Part shown: piece by piece, positions 27,374-37,435 of the stretch | How positions within the stretch are numbered: position 1 is the stretch's first letter | Layout: the number at the start of each line of letters is the position of its first letter | Assembly (NCBI GenBank): GCA_951406725.2 | Contig: OX597839.1 | Location: 26,412,001 to 26,476,000, forward strand | DNA from: Octopus vulgaris | Taxonomy: Eukaryota | Length of the DNA: 64,000 nucleotides | Direction of reading: 5' to 3' | Position numbers and translations under genes: made by a program | Notes under the pieces: model-generated | Databases searched by the model: none | Told to the model about the DNA's origin: nothing | Seen by the model: the letters and a program-made list of their open reading frames with translations, nothing else

Positions 27374-28883
27374 CACGATGATGATGATGATATACGTATA
27401 TATAGACACAGTAGTCTAGGGTAGTTTTTCTACCTGGTCAGCTTCTGCCAACTGTCCTACCCATGCATGCATGGACGTTAAACAATGATGATGATTGTGT
27501 GTGTGTGCATGTGTGTGTGTGTGTATGTGTATATATATATATATATAATCATATAAGAAATGTCGAGTTTTATTTCGGCTAATCTAGAAACGTGAGCGTT
27601 CTCAAATGATCTTTGTACATGTGATATTTTACTGTTTTCCCTCCATGTCTTCGCGAGTTATTTTTGAGTAAAAACTATCTTGGAGGCTTTTTCTTAAAGT
27701 AGAGGAAATAGCTAAAAAACTTTTTGGCTGCTATTTCTAAAAATTTCAGTATGTGACAAAGTAATTTATTTTACTGAGCCCTAATTATATAACTATATAT
27801 ATATATAGTCATAAATGATACATAATTTACTGAAATTTTATTTAACAATAAAAAACATTCTTATATCATGACACATTGTTTCATAACTTAAAAGCATGTA
27901 AGTAATTTATATTATTATATTAATAATAAATAAATTACAAGTCTGCATTAATGCAATATCCAAAAAATCTTTTCAAAATAATGCAGAATTTAAGCTACAA
28001 AACAATTTGTCAAGATATTAAGAATTTTCTTATTGCTAAATAAAATTTCATCAAAGTGTTTCTCGGTCACTTATGCCTTTATTCTTTTACTTGTTTCAGT
28101 CATTTGACTGTGGTCATGCTGGAGCACCACCTTTACTTGATCAAATCGCCCCACCCCCCGGACTTATACCATGTAAGCCTAGTACTTATTGTATCAGTGT
28201 CTTTTTGCTGAATAATTAATAAAAAGATAATCAGAATTGAAATCGATCAATGGGAATTGCAGCTGAGTTAACAGTGCCGGTGGCACGTAAGAGAACCATC
28301 CGAACGTGGCCGTTGCCAGCGCCGCCCCGACTGGCCTCGTGCTGGTGGCATGTAAAAAGCACCATCCGTTCGTGGCCGTTGCCAGCGCCGCCCGACTGGC
28401 CTCGTGCCGGCGGCACGTAAAAAGCACCATCTGTTGGTGGCCGTTTGCCAGCCTTGCCTGGCCCCCGTGCCGGTGGCACGTAAAAAGCACCATCCGATCG
28501 TGGCCGTTTGCCAGCCTCGCCTGGCCCCCGTGCCGGTGGCACATAAAAAGCACCATCCGATCGTGGCCGTTTGCCAGACTCGTTTGGCACCTGTGCCGAT
28601 GGCACGTAAAAAGCACCCACTACACTCACGGACTGGTTGGTGTTAGGAAGGGCATCCAGCCGTAGAAACATTGCCAGATCAGACTGGGCCTGGTTCAGCC
28701 TTCTGGCTTCCCAGACCCCGGTTGAACCGTCCAACCCATGCTAGCATGGAAAGCGGACGCTAAACGATGATGATGATGATGTTGCTATTACTTACTTCTT
28801 GCTCATGAAGTCCATCCATGATTTGTTCCAATTCAGCTTCACTGCGGGCGTAGCCCCCTATGCTGCTTCTCGAACTAACCCGA
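40..28883 (-). CDS. NCOR1: Nuclear receptor corepressor (NCoR/SMRT orthologue), partial: 13 internal coding exons, continuing beyond the window at both ends
   Basis: Hand-spliced exons 28796-28883, 22930-23163, 20540-20650, 18967-19193, 16558-16646, 15400-15580, 13102-13217, 11345-11464, 8738-8791, 7863-8005, 6078-6255, 4153-4905 and 40-1278 join in one reading frame with GT-AG sites. The product has [22 protein letters not shown]1, SANT2 ([24 protein letters not shown]...[11 protein letters not shown]), GSITxGTP motifs and [14 protein letters not shown], all NCoR/SMRT hallmarks. Invertebrates have a single NCoR gene, so the symbol is nominal. Confidence 0.95.
2330..2743 (-). mobile_element. 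tRNA-derived SINE family C (tandem copies); central gcctttcatcctttcggggtcgataaa resembles the Meta/MESC SINE domain
   Basis: Head (rc) cgagctggtagaaacgttagc...gagttcaaattcc. Other copies (approx.): 1980-2160, 16860-17060, 17120-17335, 23240-23445, 23475-23857, 25152-25366(+), 34955-35289, 61848-62053, 62285-62497. Confidence 0.8.
3329..3712 (-). mobile_element. tRNA-derived SINE family B, young copy with 12-bp TSD (tagatgttgtta)
   Basis: Head (rc) gtggagacgcaatggcccagtggttaggg...ggtttcgattccc. Other copies at 18568-18934(-), 33478-33862(+), partial 22170-22355(-), variant 56118-56448(-). Confidence 0.88.
4153..4905 (-). CDS. NCOR1: NCoR exon, disordered region ending in [13 protein letters not shown]
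   Basis: ttgcag / gtatgt, 753 nt, phase 1-1, lies inside ORF 4145..4957. Confidence 0.88.
5441..5721. mobile_element. hAT-type MITE
   Basis: TIR cagtagttcccaaa / tttgggaactactg, 8-bp TSD ccttaatc/tcttaatc. Second copy at 41722-41975 (TSD ttctaagt/ttctaatt). Confidence 0.8.
6078..6255 (-). CDS. NCOR1: NCoR exon, acidic Ser-rich region after SANT2 (...[26 protein letters not shown]...)
   Basis: gtccag(cag) acceptor, gtactt donor, 178 nt, phase 0 to 1. Confidence 0.85.
6270..7150. repeat. Minisatellite, ~29-30-bp unit aattcaggagacaa(a)tttaggggacaaaat
   Basis: More than 20 tandem units, each made of two related halves (ttcaggagacaa / tttaggggacaa). Confidence 0.95.
7863..8005 (-). CDS. NCOR1: NCoR exon, SANT2 ([48 protein letters not shown])
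   Basis: ttcccag / gtaatc, 143 nt, conserved SANT2. Confidence 0.96.
8228..8647 (+). mobile_element. tRNA-derived SINE family A (internal (TA)n(TG)n, (gtaaaga)n tail), full length
   Basis: A-box and B-box-like head (tggctgtgtggtaag / ggttcagtccc). Other copies (approx.): 12550-12947(+), 20150-20478(+), 60305-60676(+), 19397-19820(-), 29158-29522(-), 35790-36176(-), 41211-41588(-), 51110-51421(-), 59685-60044(-), 63629-63998(-). Confidence 0.88.
8738..8791 (-). CDS. NCOR1: NCoR exon, start of SANT2 ([19 protein letters not shown])
   Basis: ttttcag / gtttgt, 54 nt. Near-identical to the vertebrate NCoR1 SANT2 start. Confidence 0.95.
10627..10966. mobile_element. Old MITE-like element with ~115-bp imperfect terminal inverted repeats
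   Basis: agtaaagattgtttg.caacata...tgtgtcttt pairs with aaggacaca...tatgttgacaaacaatctttact. Confidence 0.6.
11345..11464 (-). CDS. NCOR1: NCoR exon, Cys-rich module 2 C-half ([26 protein letters not shown]...)
   Basis: ttttcag / gtaaat, 120 nt, phase 1-1. Not in the ORF track. Confidence 0.85.
11765..11995. mobile_element. piggyBac-type MITE family A (TTAA|CCCTTT...AAAGGG|TTAA, ~230 bp)
   Basis: TTAA TSD and CCC/GGG termini. Copies at 43456-43683, 49144-49374, 49398-49628, 57660-57887, partial 11500-11680. Confidence 0.8.
12550..12947 (+). mobile_element. SINE family A copy
   Basis: Near-identical to 8228-8647. Confidence 0.88.
13102..13217 (-). CDS. NCOR1: NCoR exon, Cys-rich module 2 N-half ([23 protein letters not shown]...)
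   Basis: ctttcag / gtaag, 116 nt, phase 2 to 1. Confidence 0.85.
13288..13516. mobile_element. piggyBac-type MITE family B (TTAA|CCCTTTAG...CTAAAGGG|TTAA, ~230 bp)
   Basis: Copies at 20695-20921, 24330-24557, 31791-32018, 33101-34876 (split by the mariner), 36641-36869, 38855-39219, 43783-44521 (internally duplicated), 47188-47537. Confidence 0.8.
14658..15215 (-). mobile_element. RTE-clade LINE 3' fragment (RT C-terminus plus C2H2-like knuckle)
   Basis: ORF 14728..15240 contains [26 protein letters not shown]...[11 protein letters not shown]...[17 protein letters not shown]. Confidence 0.88.
15400..15580 (-). CDS. NCOR1: NCoR exon, Cys-rich module 1 (CALC...VCNSC)
   Basis: ttctcttcag / gtaag, 181 nt, phase 1 to 2. 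Confidence 0.85.
15650..15796. mobile_element. Older copy of the 60791-61033 fold-back family, centre deleted
   Basis: Shares aaacaaggtgg...gtactc.aatacc...gtagagtaa.atgcttt. Arms 15724-15752 and 15768-15796. The spacer keeps (rc) tctgaGTAacag. Confidence 0.65.
15815..16141. mobile_element. Perfect fold-back element (161-bp arms, 5-nt spacer) with a hammerhead core in each arm; Penelope-like end
   Basis: Arm 15815-15975 is the exact reverse complement of 15981-16141. An unpaired tail runs to ~16226, and (TA)n lies on both flanks. Confidence 0.85.
16002..16044 (+). ncRNA. Minimal type-I hammerhead ribozyme motif (mirror copy on the minus strand at 15912-15954)
   Basis: CCAC-CTGAAGA-TTGTC gatcaa GACAA-GAA-AC gatt GT-A-GTGG: stem I CCAC/GTGG, canonical CUGANGA and GAAA cores, 5-bp stem II, GUA cleavage triplet at 16038-16040. 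Confidence 0.75.
16227..16341. repeat. (TA)n microsatellite
   Basis: Direct inspection. Confidence 0.95.
16558..16646 (-). CDS. NCOR1: NCoR exon ([29 protein letters not shown])
   Basis: tttgtag(cag) acceptor, gttagt donor, 89 nt, phase 2 to 1. Confidence 0.8.
18568..18934 (-). mobile_element. SINE family B copy, 32 nt from an NCoR donor site, TSD atacaataaata
   Basis: Near-identical to 3329-3712. Confidence 0.88.
18967..19193 (-). CDS. NCOR1: NCoR exon, low-complexity linker with poly-Ser/poly-Thr
   Basis: Polypyrimidine tract plus aag acceptor, gtatgt donor. 227 nt, phase 0 to 2, fits both neighbours. Confidence 0.8.
20540..20650 (-). CDS. NCOR1: NCoR exon, end of SANT1 ([37 protein letters not shown])
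   Basis: tttcag / gtaagt, 111 nt. Matches NCoR '[19 protein letters not shown]'. Confidence 0.96.
22930..23163 (-). CDS. NCOR1: NCoR exon, DAD/SANT1 ([18 protein letters not shown]...[30 protein letters not shown])
   Basis: ttttcag / gtgagt, 234 nt, phase 0-0, conserved SANT1 sequence. Confidence 0.96.
25865..26030. mobile_element. Small MITE-like element with reiterated gttcacc/ggtgaac inverted motifs
   Basis: gtaagttcacc...aaagttcaccg versus cggtgaact...gtgaacttac. Confidence 0.5.
26500..26825 (-). mobile_element. tRNA-derived SINE family E
   Basis: Head (rc) ggctcagtggttagagcgtc...gtgagctcgaatccc. Shares cagctgagtgaactggagcaacgtgaaat with ~3850-3985, 5750-5955, 56320-56445 and 59390-59618. 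Confidence 0.75.
28240..28780 (+). mobile_element. (GAT)n-tailed retroposon family D with internal ~55-60-bp tandem subrepeats
   Basis: Core ggttggcgttaggaagggcatccagctgtagaaac...ccaacccatgctagcatggaaa..ggacgttaaacgatgatgat. Many copies (approx.): 5000-5345, 9740-9990, 17825-18110, 21370-21825, 29826-30285, 30650-30940, 34294-34570, 49920-50197, 51460-51685, 54085-54330, 56570-56845. Confidence 0.8.
28796..28883 (-). CDS. NCOR1: NCoR exon, start of DAD region ([29 protein letters not shown])
   Basis: ttttgcag acceptor, gtaag donor. Matches the NCoR ARSEHEISEIIDGLSEQE motif. 88 nt, ends in phase 0. Not in the ORF track. Confidence 0.92.
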
Positions 28884-29090
28884 CTGCAAAACAAAGAAAA
28901 CAGCATTATTAATATCGTCAGCTAATTATACAACGAACGGACTGTATCATCGTTAAACAAACGCGGTTCTTCAGCTAAACCATCTTCCTCCACTCAAGAT
29001 TAAACCCAATAGCCATAAACTGCTTTCAGTAATTTATACTTTTGGAAATGAAAATAAATTGAAATAATTAAAACAATAATTAAAATAACG

Positions 29091-29136
<46 letters not shown>

Positions 29137-30288
29137 GTGGTGCCACAAAAGGTTCTTTCATTCTTTTACTTGTTTCAGCCATTTGACTGTGGCCATGCTG
29201 GAGCACAGCCTTGAAGGGTTTTAGTTGAAGAAATCGAACCCCCAGGACATATTTTTTTTAAAAAGCCTAGTACTTATTCTATCGGTCTCTTTTGCCGAAC
29301 CACTAAGTTATGGGGATGTAAACACACCAACACCAGTTGTCAAACAGTGATGAGGGAGGGGGGAAACAAACACAGACACACAGTGACACACCAAAATCCA
29401 CTCACAGGGCTGTGGTCAGCCTGAGGCTATAGTAGAAAACACTTGCCCAAGGTGCCATGCAGTGGGACTGAACCCGGAACCTTGTAGTTGGGAAGCAAAT
29501 TTCTTACCACACAGCCACACCTGACTGCTTATTTCTAGGGTGAGGCAAGACATAATCCAGTGATAATCTAGTATCTTATAGCTTAGTAGTGTATATGTTA
29601 TTGGAGACATGACCATGGACACTAAATTTGCTGTGTTGTTTTTAATAAATAAATAAAATTCTTTTAAATTATTGTAACTTTTTTTATTATTATGTAAGCA
29701 CAAAATATGAGATTTTGAGGAATGAAATTGAGAGAAAGCAAACTAAAGCCTTATGTTACTGTTTTATAAATGTAAAAATAAAAATATTATGATTCAAAAA
29801 TTATGAGTGTACATATATATATATCATCATCATCATCGTTTAACGTCCGTTTTCCGCGCTAGCACGGGTTGGACGGTTCGACCGGGGTCTGGGAAGCCAG
29901 GGGCTGCACCAGGCTCCAGTCTGATCTGGCAGAGTTTCTACAGCTGGATGCCCTTCCTAACGCCAACCACTCCGCGAGTGTAGTGGGTGCTTTTTACGTG
30001 CCACCTGCACAGGTGGCAGGGGGGCCCGGCATCGGCCACGATTGGTTGGAGCTTTTAACGTGCCACTGGCGTGGAAGCCAGCCAAGGCGGTGCTGGCAAC
30101 GGCCACGTTTGGATGGTGCTTTTTATGTGCCACCGGCACAGAAGCCAGTCGAGGCAGCGCTGGCAACGGCCACGTACAGATGGTGCTTTTTATGTGCCAC
30201 CGGTACAGGTATCACAACTACTATTTCCATTGATATTTATTTCGATGTTCATGTTCATGTACTTGACTCAACAGGTCTCCTCAAGCAC

Positions 30289-30320
<32 letters not shown>

Positions 30321-30342
30321 GTACATACACACACACTCACAC

Positions 30343-30554
30343 AGGTGAGCACAGAAGTGCAAAACAAGGTGGTAACAATAGTACTCAAATGCCAAAGTTA
30401 GAGTAATATACTTTTTATTAAAGCTGCAAAATTAACATAGACCTGTTACTCAGAGTTTCAAGTCCCCAATAAATACTCTCATAATTATCCAATGAATGGG
30501 AACATGAAAGTCGGAGTAACGGTTCTATGATAATTTTGAAGCTTTAATAAGAAG
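30343..30554. mobile_element. Degenerate copy of the 60791-61033 fold-back family
   Basis: Same tail sequence, imperfect arms. Decayed core ccaatga-atgggaacat-gaaa-gtcgga-gta-acgg at 30489-30522. Confidence 0.6.
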
Positions 30555-30591
30555 TGTGTGTGTGTGTGTATGTATGTATATATATATATTA

Positions 30592-30653
<62 letters not shown>

Positions 30654-32706
30654 ATCCGAATGTGATCGATGCTGGGCTGCCTGACTGGCTCCCATGCTGG
30701 TGGCACGTAAAAAGCACCATCCAAACGTGGCTGACACCAGTGCACCCCACCACTGGCTCCTGTGCTGGTGGCATGCAAAAAGTACCCAATACACTCCTAG
30801 AGTGGTTGGCATTAGGAAGGTGTAGAAACCTTGCCAGATCAGATTGGAGCCTGGTTCGACCACTGGTTTTCCAGACCTCAGTCAAACTGCCCAACCCATG
30901 CCAGCATGGAATACGGATGTTAAACGATGATGATGATGATATATAATAACATATATCGGTTGTAACTTGCCTGAAGACTTCTAGACTGATTCAACCCAAA
31001 TAAAATATATTATTCTGGAATTGTGTACATTTTTTGCCCCCCAACAGTCAACACTAAACACACATACACACTCACATTGCTACAGTCAAATTTCATTATT
31101 CTATTTTATGAATTAAAACAGAAATCAAGAAAAAGAAAGAGTTACATAGAAAAAAATAAACCTGAACACAGAAAATAAATCAGGAAAACATACTGCCTGC
31201 CTTCACAATAACCAGACCTCCCTTTACTAGTTGTAACCCCCACCAGCCCAGCAGTCAGTGTTTGCTCACTAAAATCTTATATAATACACAGACATACTAT
31301 ATATTTTAAAATCTTCAAGTAAAAGACTATGCTTTACTGATGAGGTCTAATAATGCGGAAACATGCCCACAGTTGTCTTTCATACGAGCCAAGCTGAAAC
31401 TTGACTCCCATGCATATATAGTGAATTTATATTATGGCAGTTGTGTCCCTTGCATATCTTCAATTTTAAATAATTATAAGATAACTAGAACTATAGTTTT
31501 AATTAAAAGAACAACTAAAATAATGATTGCTTTAATTAACCTTCAGCATGCTGAAAGTAAATTATGTCACTGTACCAGTCTTCTCCCCTGTAGCTGCACA
31601 TTGTGTTGTATTGAGAGGGGAGAAAACTTGTAGGGCAACACGATTTGCTGTCAGTGTGCTAAAGGTTAATATCACCCATTACAATGCTGGTTTTAATCGA
31701 TACTTCTCGTTGAGTATACTAGTGTCGACTTTCATGATTTATTTTTCAAGCAGAAGAGGTCTTAGGTACTTTATTATTTTTAAAAAGTCTTTAACCCTTT
31801 AATGTTTAAACTGGCTATATCCGGCCCGAATATTCTTCTCATTTTATGCTCAAACTGGCCAGAACCAGTATCTCACACCTACCCTGCAATGTCATTCTAA
31901 AAATAAACAATTACATCTTTCAAATCTTGAAGCTACAAGATAATACCAGATTAATTTTTTTAAATGTAAATGAATAAGAATTACTTTTGATATATAAATT
32001 TGAACACTAAGGGGTTAAATCTCACCACTAAATGGTTGACATGTCAGATGGGTTTGTGGTACATTGTTAATAATGAAGGCCCTTAATTCCACTGTAGCTG
32101 TTTGATGTATTTCAGAACCCTCCAGGGAGAACCCCGTAGCTGAGAGCTATTATCTGACTTGGGTAACCAAGTTAATTAAGTTACAGTTGATTACTTAAAC
32201 TTAATTAACCACCAACAATCAACACCACTGACGTCATCAACAACAACACCACCAACAACAAACGGTTAGTTAGTTCAATAAGAGACATGTTAGTATGAAC
32301 ACTTAAGGGTAGTTTCCACAACGGTAGAAATAAAAAGATTTAAAAAAAAAAAATTAAAATAAAACAAAAATAAAATTTTCAGAGAAAATAACTAAAACTT
32401 TCCAACAACAACAACAACGACAAACAACAGAAAAACAAAAACAAAAACAAAAAAAAAGAGCAAATCGAAAAGCAAAGAAACAAAAAATAATGTACAGAAA
32501 ACTTCCAAAACAAAATCAGTTCTATTTTATCGTGTGACTGTATAAAGACATATTGATGCTGTTGGTGTTGATGATGAAATGTAGTTAATACTCGTGAGTG
32601 AATATGTATGTATGTAGGTGTGGACGGGGGGGGGGGGGGTATTAAGAAATGGTTTCTGTCACATGAGCAGAAATCCAAATCCAAATCCAATGGGATTAAC
32701 TATAAA

Positions 32707-33071
32707 CTAGCAGTATCGCCCGGCGTTGCTCGGGTTTGTAAGGGAAATAACTATAAAGCATTTTTAGAGAGTTATAGCCAAAAAATGGAAAAAAGATGAT
32801 GGTAAATTTGTGTTTGAGTTAAAAAGGTCGAGTTGCGTCCCCTAGACAGTCTGTGGTTTGTGTTTCTCATTCTCGACCCCATGTCGAATTTATCGATTTT
32901 TTTTCAGAACTGGGGGAACTTTTCAAAATTTCCGCTGCGTTAGTTTTGAATTATGACATTGGGCTATGTGTGTGTCAAGTTTCATCAGAATCGGTTGAAA
33001 GCCGTGGTCAGGGTGAGGGTACAACCTGACAGACACACAGACAGACAAACTGCCGTTTATATAGAGAGAGA
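32707..33071 (-). mobile_element. Non-autonomous Helitron
   Basis: On the minus strand it reads A|TC...hairpin cccgagcaacgccggg...CTAG|T: canonical Helitron termini, AT target, no TSD. Confidence 0.8.
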
Positions 33072-33219
33072 TGATGCTTAAAAATTAACAAAGATATTCA
33101 TTAACCCTTTAGCATTTAAACTGGCCACATCCGGCCCAAGTATTCTTCTACTTGTTTTTATGTTCAGACTAATCAGATCCTGCCTCTCACGCCCGCTCTA
33201 CAATGTCATTCTAAAGATA

Positions 33220-34762
33220 TTGGGTCATCCCATAAATAATGCAGGTTTTTCAACTGCATGAACTAAAAGTCGGGCAGGATAAACTACATGCACCAACTTG
33301 CTATATAGGCAGGTAGTAATGTTACCTTGTTCTTATTCTTAGTGCAAGTTTTGAAGAGTGCAGTTATATTTCTCAAAGCTATAATGGAAGTGACAAAGGA
33401 GCTTATTCGGTATATTTTCCTTTATGAGTTCAATAAAGGCAACACCGCAATGGAACATGTGAGGAATATTAATGCAAGTGGAGGCGCAATGGCCCAGTGG
33501 TTAGGGCAGCGGACTCGCGGTCGTAGGATCGCGGTTTCGATTCCCAGACCGGGCGTTGTGAGTGTTTATTGAGCGAAAACACCTAAAGCTCCACGAGGCT
33601 CCGGCAGGGGATGGTGGCGACCCCTGCTGTACTCTTTCGCCACAACTTTCTCTCACTCTTACTTCCTGTTTCTGTTGTACCTGTATTTCAAAGGGCCGGC
33701 CTTGTCACTCTCTGTGTCACGCTGATTATCCCCGAGAACTACGTTAAGGGTACACGTGTCTGTGGAGTGCTCAGCCACTCACACGTTAATTTCACGAGCA
33801 GGCTGTTCCGTTGATTCGGATCAACCGGAACCCTCGTCGTCGGAACCGACGGAGTGCTTCCAATTCTCCAAAAATTAACGCAGTAAATGGGGATTGGACA
33901 ATAAGCATAAGCTAGTGTCAAAAGGTGGTTCTAAAACTTCCAAGCCAGAAATGACAGCCTGGAAGACGAGCCTTGTCTTAGAAGATCTGCAGAGCTCAAC
34001 GAGGACGTCCTGCAGACCCTGGTGGAACAAAACCCCATTGTAACTGTTGAGGAACTAGCAGAGAAGCTTGGACTTGGTCATTCAAGCCAGTGCTAGAAGA
34101 AAAATGACCATCTTTGGTTTCATGACAAAAGGTGTTCTTCCATCAGGATAATGCTTGGCCACATACAGCAAGGATGACATTCCAAGGCTGGAGCACTTTT
34201 AATGGGAAACGATGCTCCACCCAGCATATTTGCCGGACATTGCTCCATCTGATTATCATTTATTCTGCAGTCTTCAAAATCATTTGGATGGGAAGGCCGA
34301 TGCCAACGCCGCCTCGACTGGTTTCCGTGCCGGTGGCACGTAAAATACACCAATCCGACCGTGGCCATTGCCAGACTCGCCTGTGCAGGTGGCACGTAAA
34401 AAGCACCCACTACACTCACGGAGTGGTTGGCATTAGGAAGGGCATCCAGCTGTAGAAACATTGCCAGATAAGACTGGAGCCTGGTGCAGCCTTCTGGCTT
34501 CCCAGATCCCCGGTCGAACCGTCCAACCCATGCTAGCATGGAGAACGGACGTTAAACGATGATGATGATGTAGACAAGGTCAGAACAGTACTGGAGAAAT
34601 ATTTTTCATCATTTTGGAAGAGGAGCCTAGCAAGTCTACCAGATCGTGGGAAGAGCATTGTAGAAAATGAAGGAGAGTATATTTTAGATTTAAAAACTTT
34701 ATCTTAATTTTGAAAAATAAAAGAAGTATAAAAAACTGCATTATTTATGCGGTGATCCAGAA
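33220..34762 (+). mobile_element. Decayed mariner (Tc1/mariner) transposon interrupted by two retroposon insertions
   Basis: TIRs ttgggtcatcccataaataatgcag / ctgcattatttatgcggtgatccagaa with TA flanks. Pseudo-ORF pieces MEVTKELIRYIFLYEFNKGN, LEDEP...TVEELAEKL, HQDNAWPH, YLPDIAPSDYHLF, SIVENEGEY. Confidence 0.9.
33478..33862 (+). mobile_element. SINE family B copy inserted in the mariner ORF
   Basis: Flanked by the duplication attaatgca / attaacgca. Confidence 0.88.
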
Positions 34763-37221
34763 TATAGTCACATCCTCTGGATCTCAAAGCTGCATGATGA
34801 TAATGCATGATTAATTGAAAGCTATGTGAATAAATAAGCTAAACATTTAACAGAATGATCTGAATGCTAAAGGGTTTTTATAGTGGTTGGTAAAGGTTAT
34901 GTTTGTCAGTGCAGAAATCCGTATGTAGGTCTCATATTTATTCTCTGAATACCTATTTCTGTACTACCCACAAGGGGCTAAACACAGAGAGGACAGACAA
35001 GGAGATTAAGTCGATTACATCGACCCCAGTGCGTAACTGGTACTTAATTTATTGACCCCGAAAGGATGAAAGGCAAAGTCGACCTCGGCGGAATTTGAAC
35101 TCAGAACGTAGCGGCAGACGAAATACGGCTATGCATTTCGTCTGGCGTACTAACGTTTCTGCCAGCTCGCCGCCTTTCCTGAAAGGCAAAGTCGACCATG
35201 GCGGAATTTGAACTCAGAACGTAGCGGCAGACGAAATACAGCTACGCATTTCACCCGGCGTGCTAACGTTTCTGCCAGCTCGCCGCCTTGATATTCTCTG
35301 AATACCAAGGGGCTGAAGAGCAAGAGTCTAACATTGGCAAGGCTTGAGCTCTACAAATGCAGGGACGTAACGATTATCACTAGTACACCAATGTAGCCCT
35401 TCCCCTGTGTATTGCAAACAAACTGTTAGAGGCACCAATGAAATGTAAAGGAAGTAAGGATGAAGGACAACTGTTATGAAATGAATATGCAGGAAGGGAG
35501 CGGAAGGAAAATACCGGATACAAAAGAATGGCAGCTACGTTCTTGTTTTAGAGGGATTCCAAAGGCAGAGGAATAAGCCAAAACATGACAGAATGGTGAA
35601 TTCCTGAGAAGAAAACAGCATCCAATGAAGTTCTATGAAACAGTGGAGGAAGTGGGTGGGGCAAGGGGATTGCTGGCGGAAAAACTATTCTGAGTAAGAT
35701 TTATAAAGAGGTGAAAAAAAAAAAAAATACTAACCAAGGATTTTGAGAGTGTAATATAAAATGAACAAAGGGCAAAAGTAAATCTTCCAGTCGTTAGACT
35801 GTGGCCATACTGGGGCAGCACCTTGAAAATTTTTTTAGTCAAATGATTCAACCTCAGTACTAATTATTTTAAAAGCCTGTTAGTAATCCTGTCAGATTGT
35901 TTTGCCAAACCACTAAGTTATGGGGACATAAACAAACCAACATCAGTTGTCAAGCAGTGGTGAGGGACAAACACAGACAAAGGCACACACACACACACAC
36001 ACACAATGGGCTTCTTTCAGTTTCCATCTACTAAGTCCACTCACAAGGCTTTGGTCAAGCCAAGGCTATAATAGAAGACACTTGCCCTGCCTATGGAGCC
36101 ATGCGGTGGGACTGACCCCAGAGCCATGTAGTGCTTGGGGTTGGGAAAATAAACTTCTTACTACACAGCCATGCCTGTCCCTAATATTCTATCATAAAAG
36201 CATGATGGGATTTTTTAAAACACTGAGTGGTTATGAGGGTCCAGTAGAGTAAAAATAGGAATCAATGGGGTCCAGAGGCAAAAAAAAACCTAAACAACAA
36301 CGGTCGGGAACCACTGATGTAGATTGTTATTTCCTAACAACACACCACACACACAAAAAAAAAAAAAAAAGAGGAAGGCCAGCAGAAGCCCTGATCCTTT
36401 TCTCTCTGGTGCTGAGACAAACACAATGTAAACCGACACAGTTTCAACACACAAAGACTGCAATCAATAAATCAATAATCTTCATAACACTTGCAACTGT
36501 GTCATTACTACTAAGCTCTTATTATTATAACAGAGTTAACGAAACGGAATCAAAGCTAACTACAGAAGCAATTAGCCCTAATGCAATGGGGAAAAGGGAT
36601 TGGTGTGTGCATGTTTATGTTGTCATCATCATCGTCATCATTAACCCTTTAGTGTTTAAACTGGCCAAATCCAGCCCAATATATTCTACATGTTTTATAT
36701 TCAAACTGGCGATGTCTAGCCTCTCACTCCTAACCTACAATGCCATTCTAAAAATAAGTAATCACATCATTGAAACCTCAAAGCTGTAAGATGATCCAGG
36801 ATTAATTCAAAACAATTTGAGTGAAAAAGTATTACATTTAACAGAGTAATCTGAACACTAAAGGGTTAAGCATCCCTTCTGTCATGGGTTGCATGGTTTG
36901 ACAAGAACAGTTGAGACAAGGGCTCTCTGTCTGCTTTGGCAGGGTCTCTACAGCTGGATGCCCTTCCCAATGCTAATCCCTTTACAAAATGTACTGATTT
37001 TTTTTTTTTAATGTGACACTGCCACCATTGAGGCTGCCAAGGATCTGCTAGATAAGGCCCCTCGCCACCCCTAGACCGACTGGGGTATAGACTGGAGGAG
37101 TAGGAAACTATAATAGATGGGGAGGAGCAGGTGTCTTGCCCACATGGAAAGTGAGAGAGAAGAAAGAGACATGAATGCATGTGTGTGTGTATAAATAAAT
37201 AAATATATATATATACACATA

Positions 37222-37435
37222 CAGGGTGGCTGAAAAGTAGGTTTACGGTAATTACGTAGGCACTTGAAATTTCTTTTAAAATGTTTCATTACATTTAAAT
37301 TCCTATCTTATGATTAGCTAAATTAGCATAGAATAATGGTTTCATATTTTTTTTATAATTAAGATCTAAACTGTTTATATATGAATGCAAAAAGAGATAA
37401 TTGAATAACTGTAAACCTACTTTTGGGCTACCCTG
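37222..37435. mobile_element. Tc1/mariner-type MITE
   Basis: TIR cagggtggctgaaaagtaggtttac / gtaaacctacttttgggctaccctg, TA on the left flank. Confidence 0.7.

Noticed and set aside
28194-28734. Overlapping 119-167 aa repeat ORFs
   Set aside because: They arise from tandem subrepeats of the family-D retroposon and recur in every copy.
31337-31380. CTGATGA...GAAAC hammerhead-like motif
   Set aside because: Stem II (ggtc...gcg) does not pair and there is no NUH/stem III. At best a heavily decayed relic.
33478-33552. tRNA gene
   Set aside because: The tRNA-like A/B boxes are the head of a multi-copy SINE with TSDs. The same applies to the other SINE heads.
36265-36789. 174-aa plus-strand ORF
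   Set aside because: It runs through poly-A and a MITE with no domain signal. Chance ORF.
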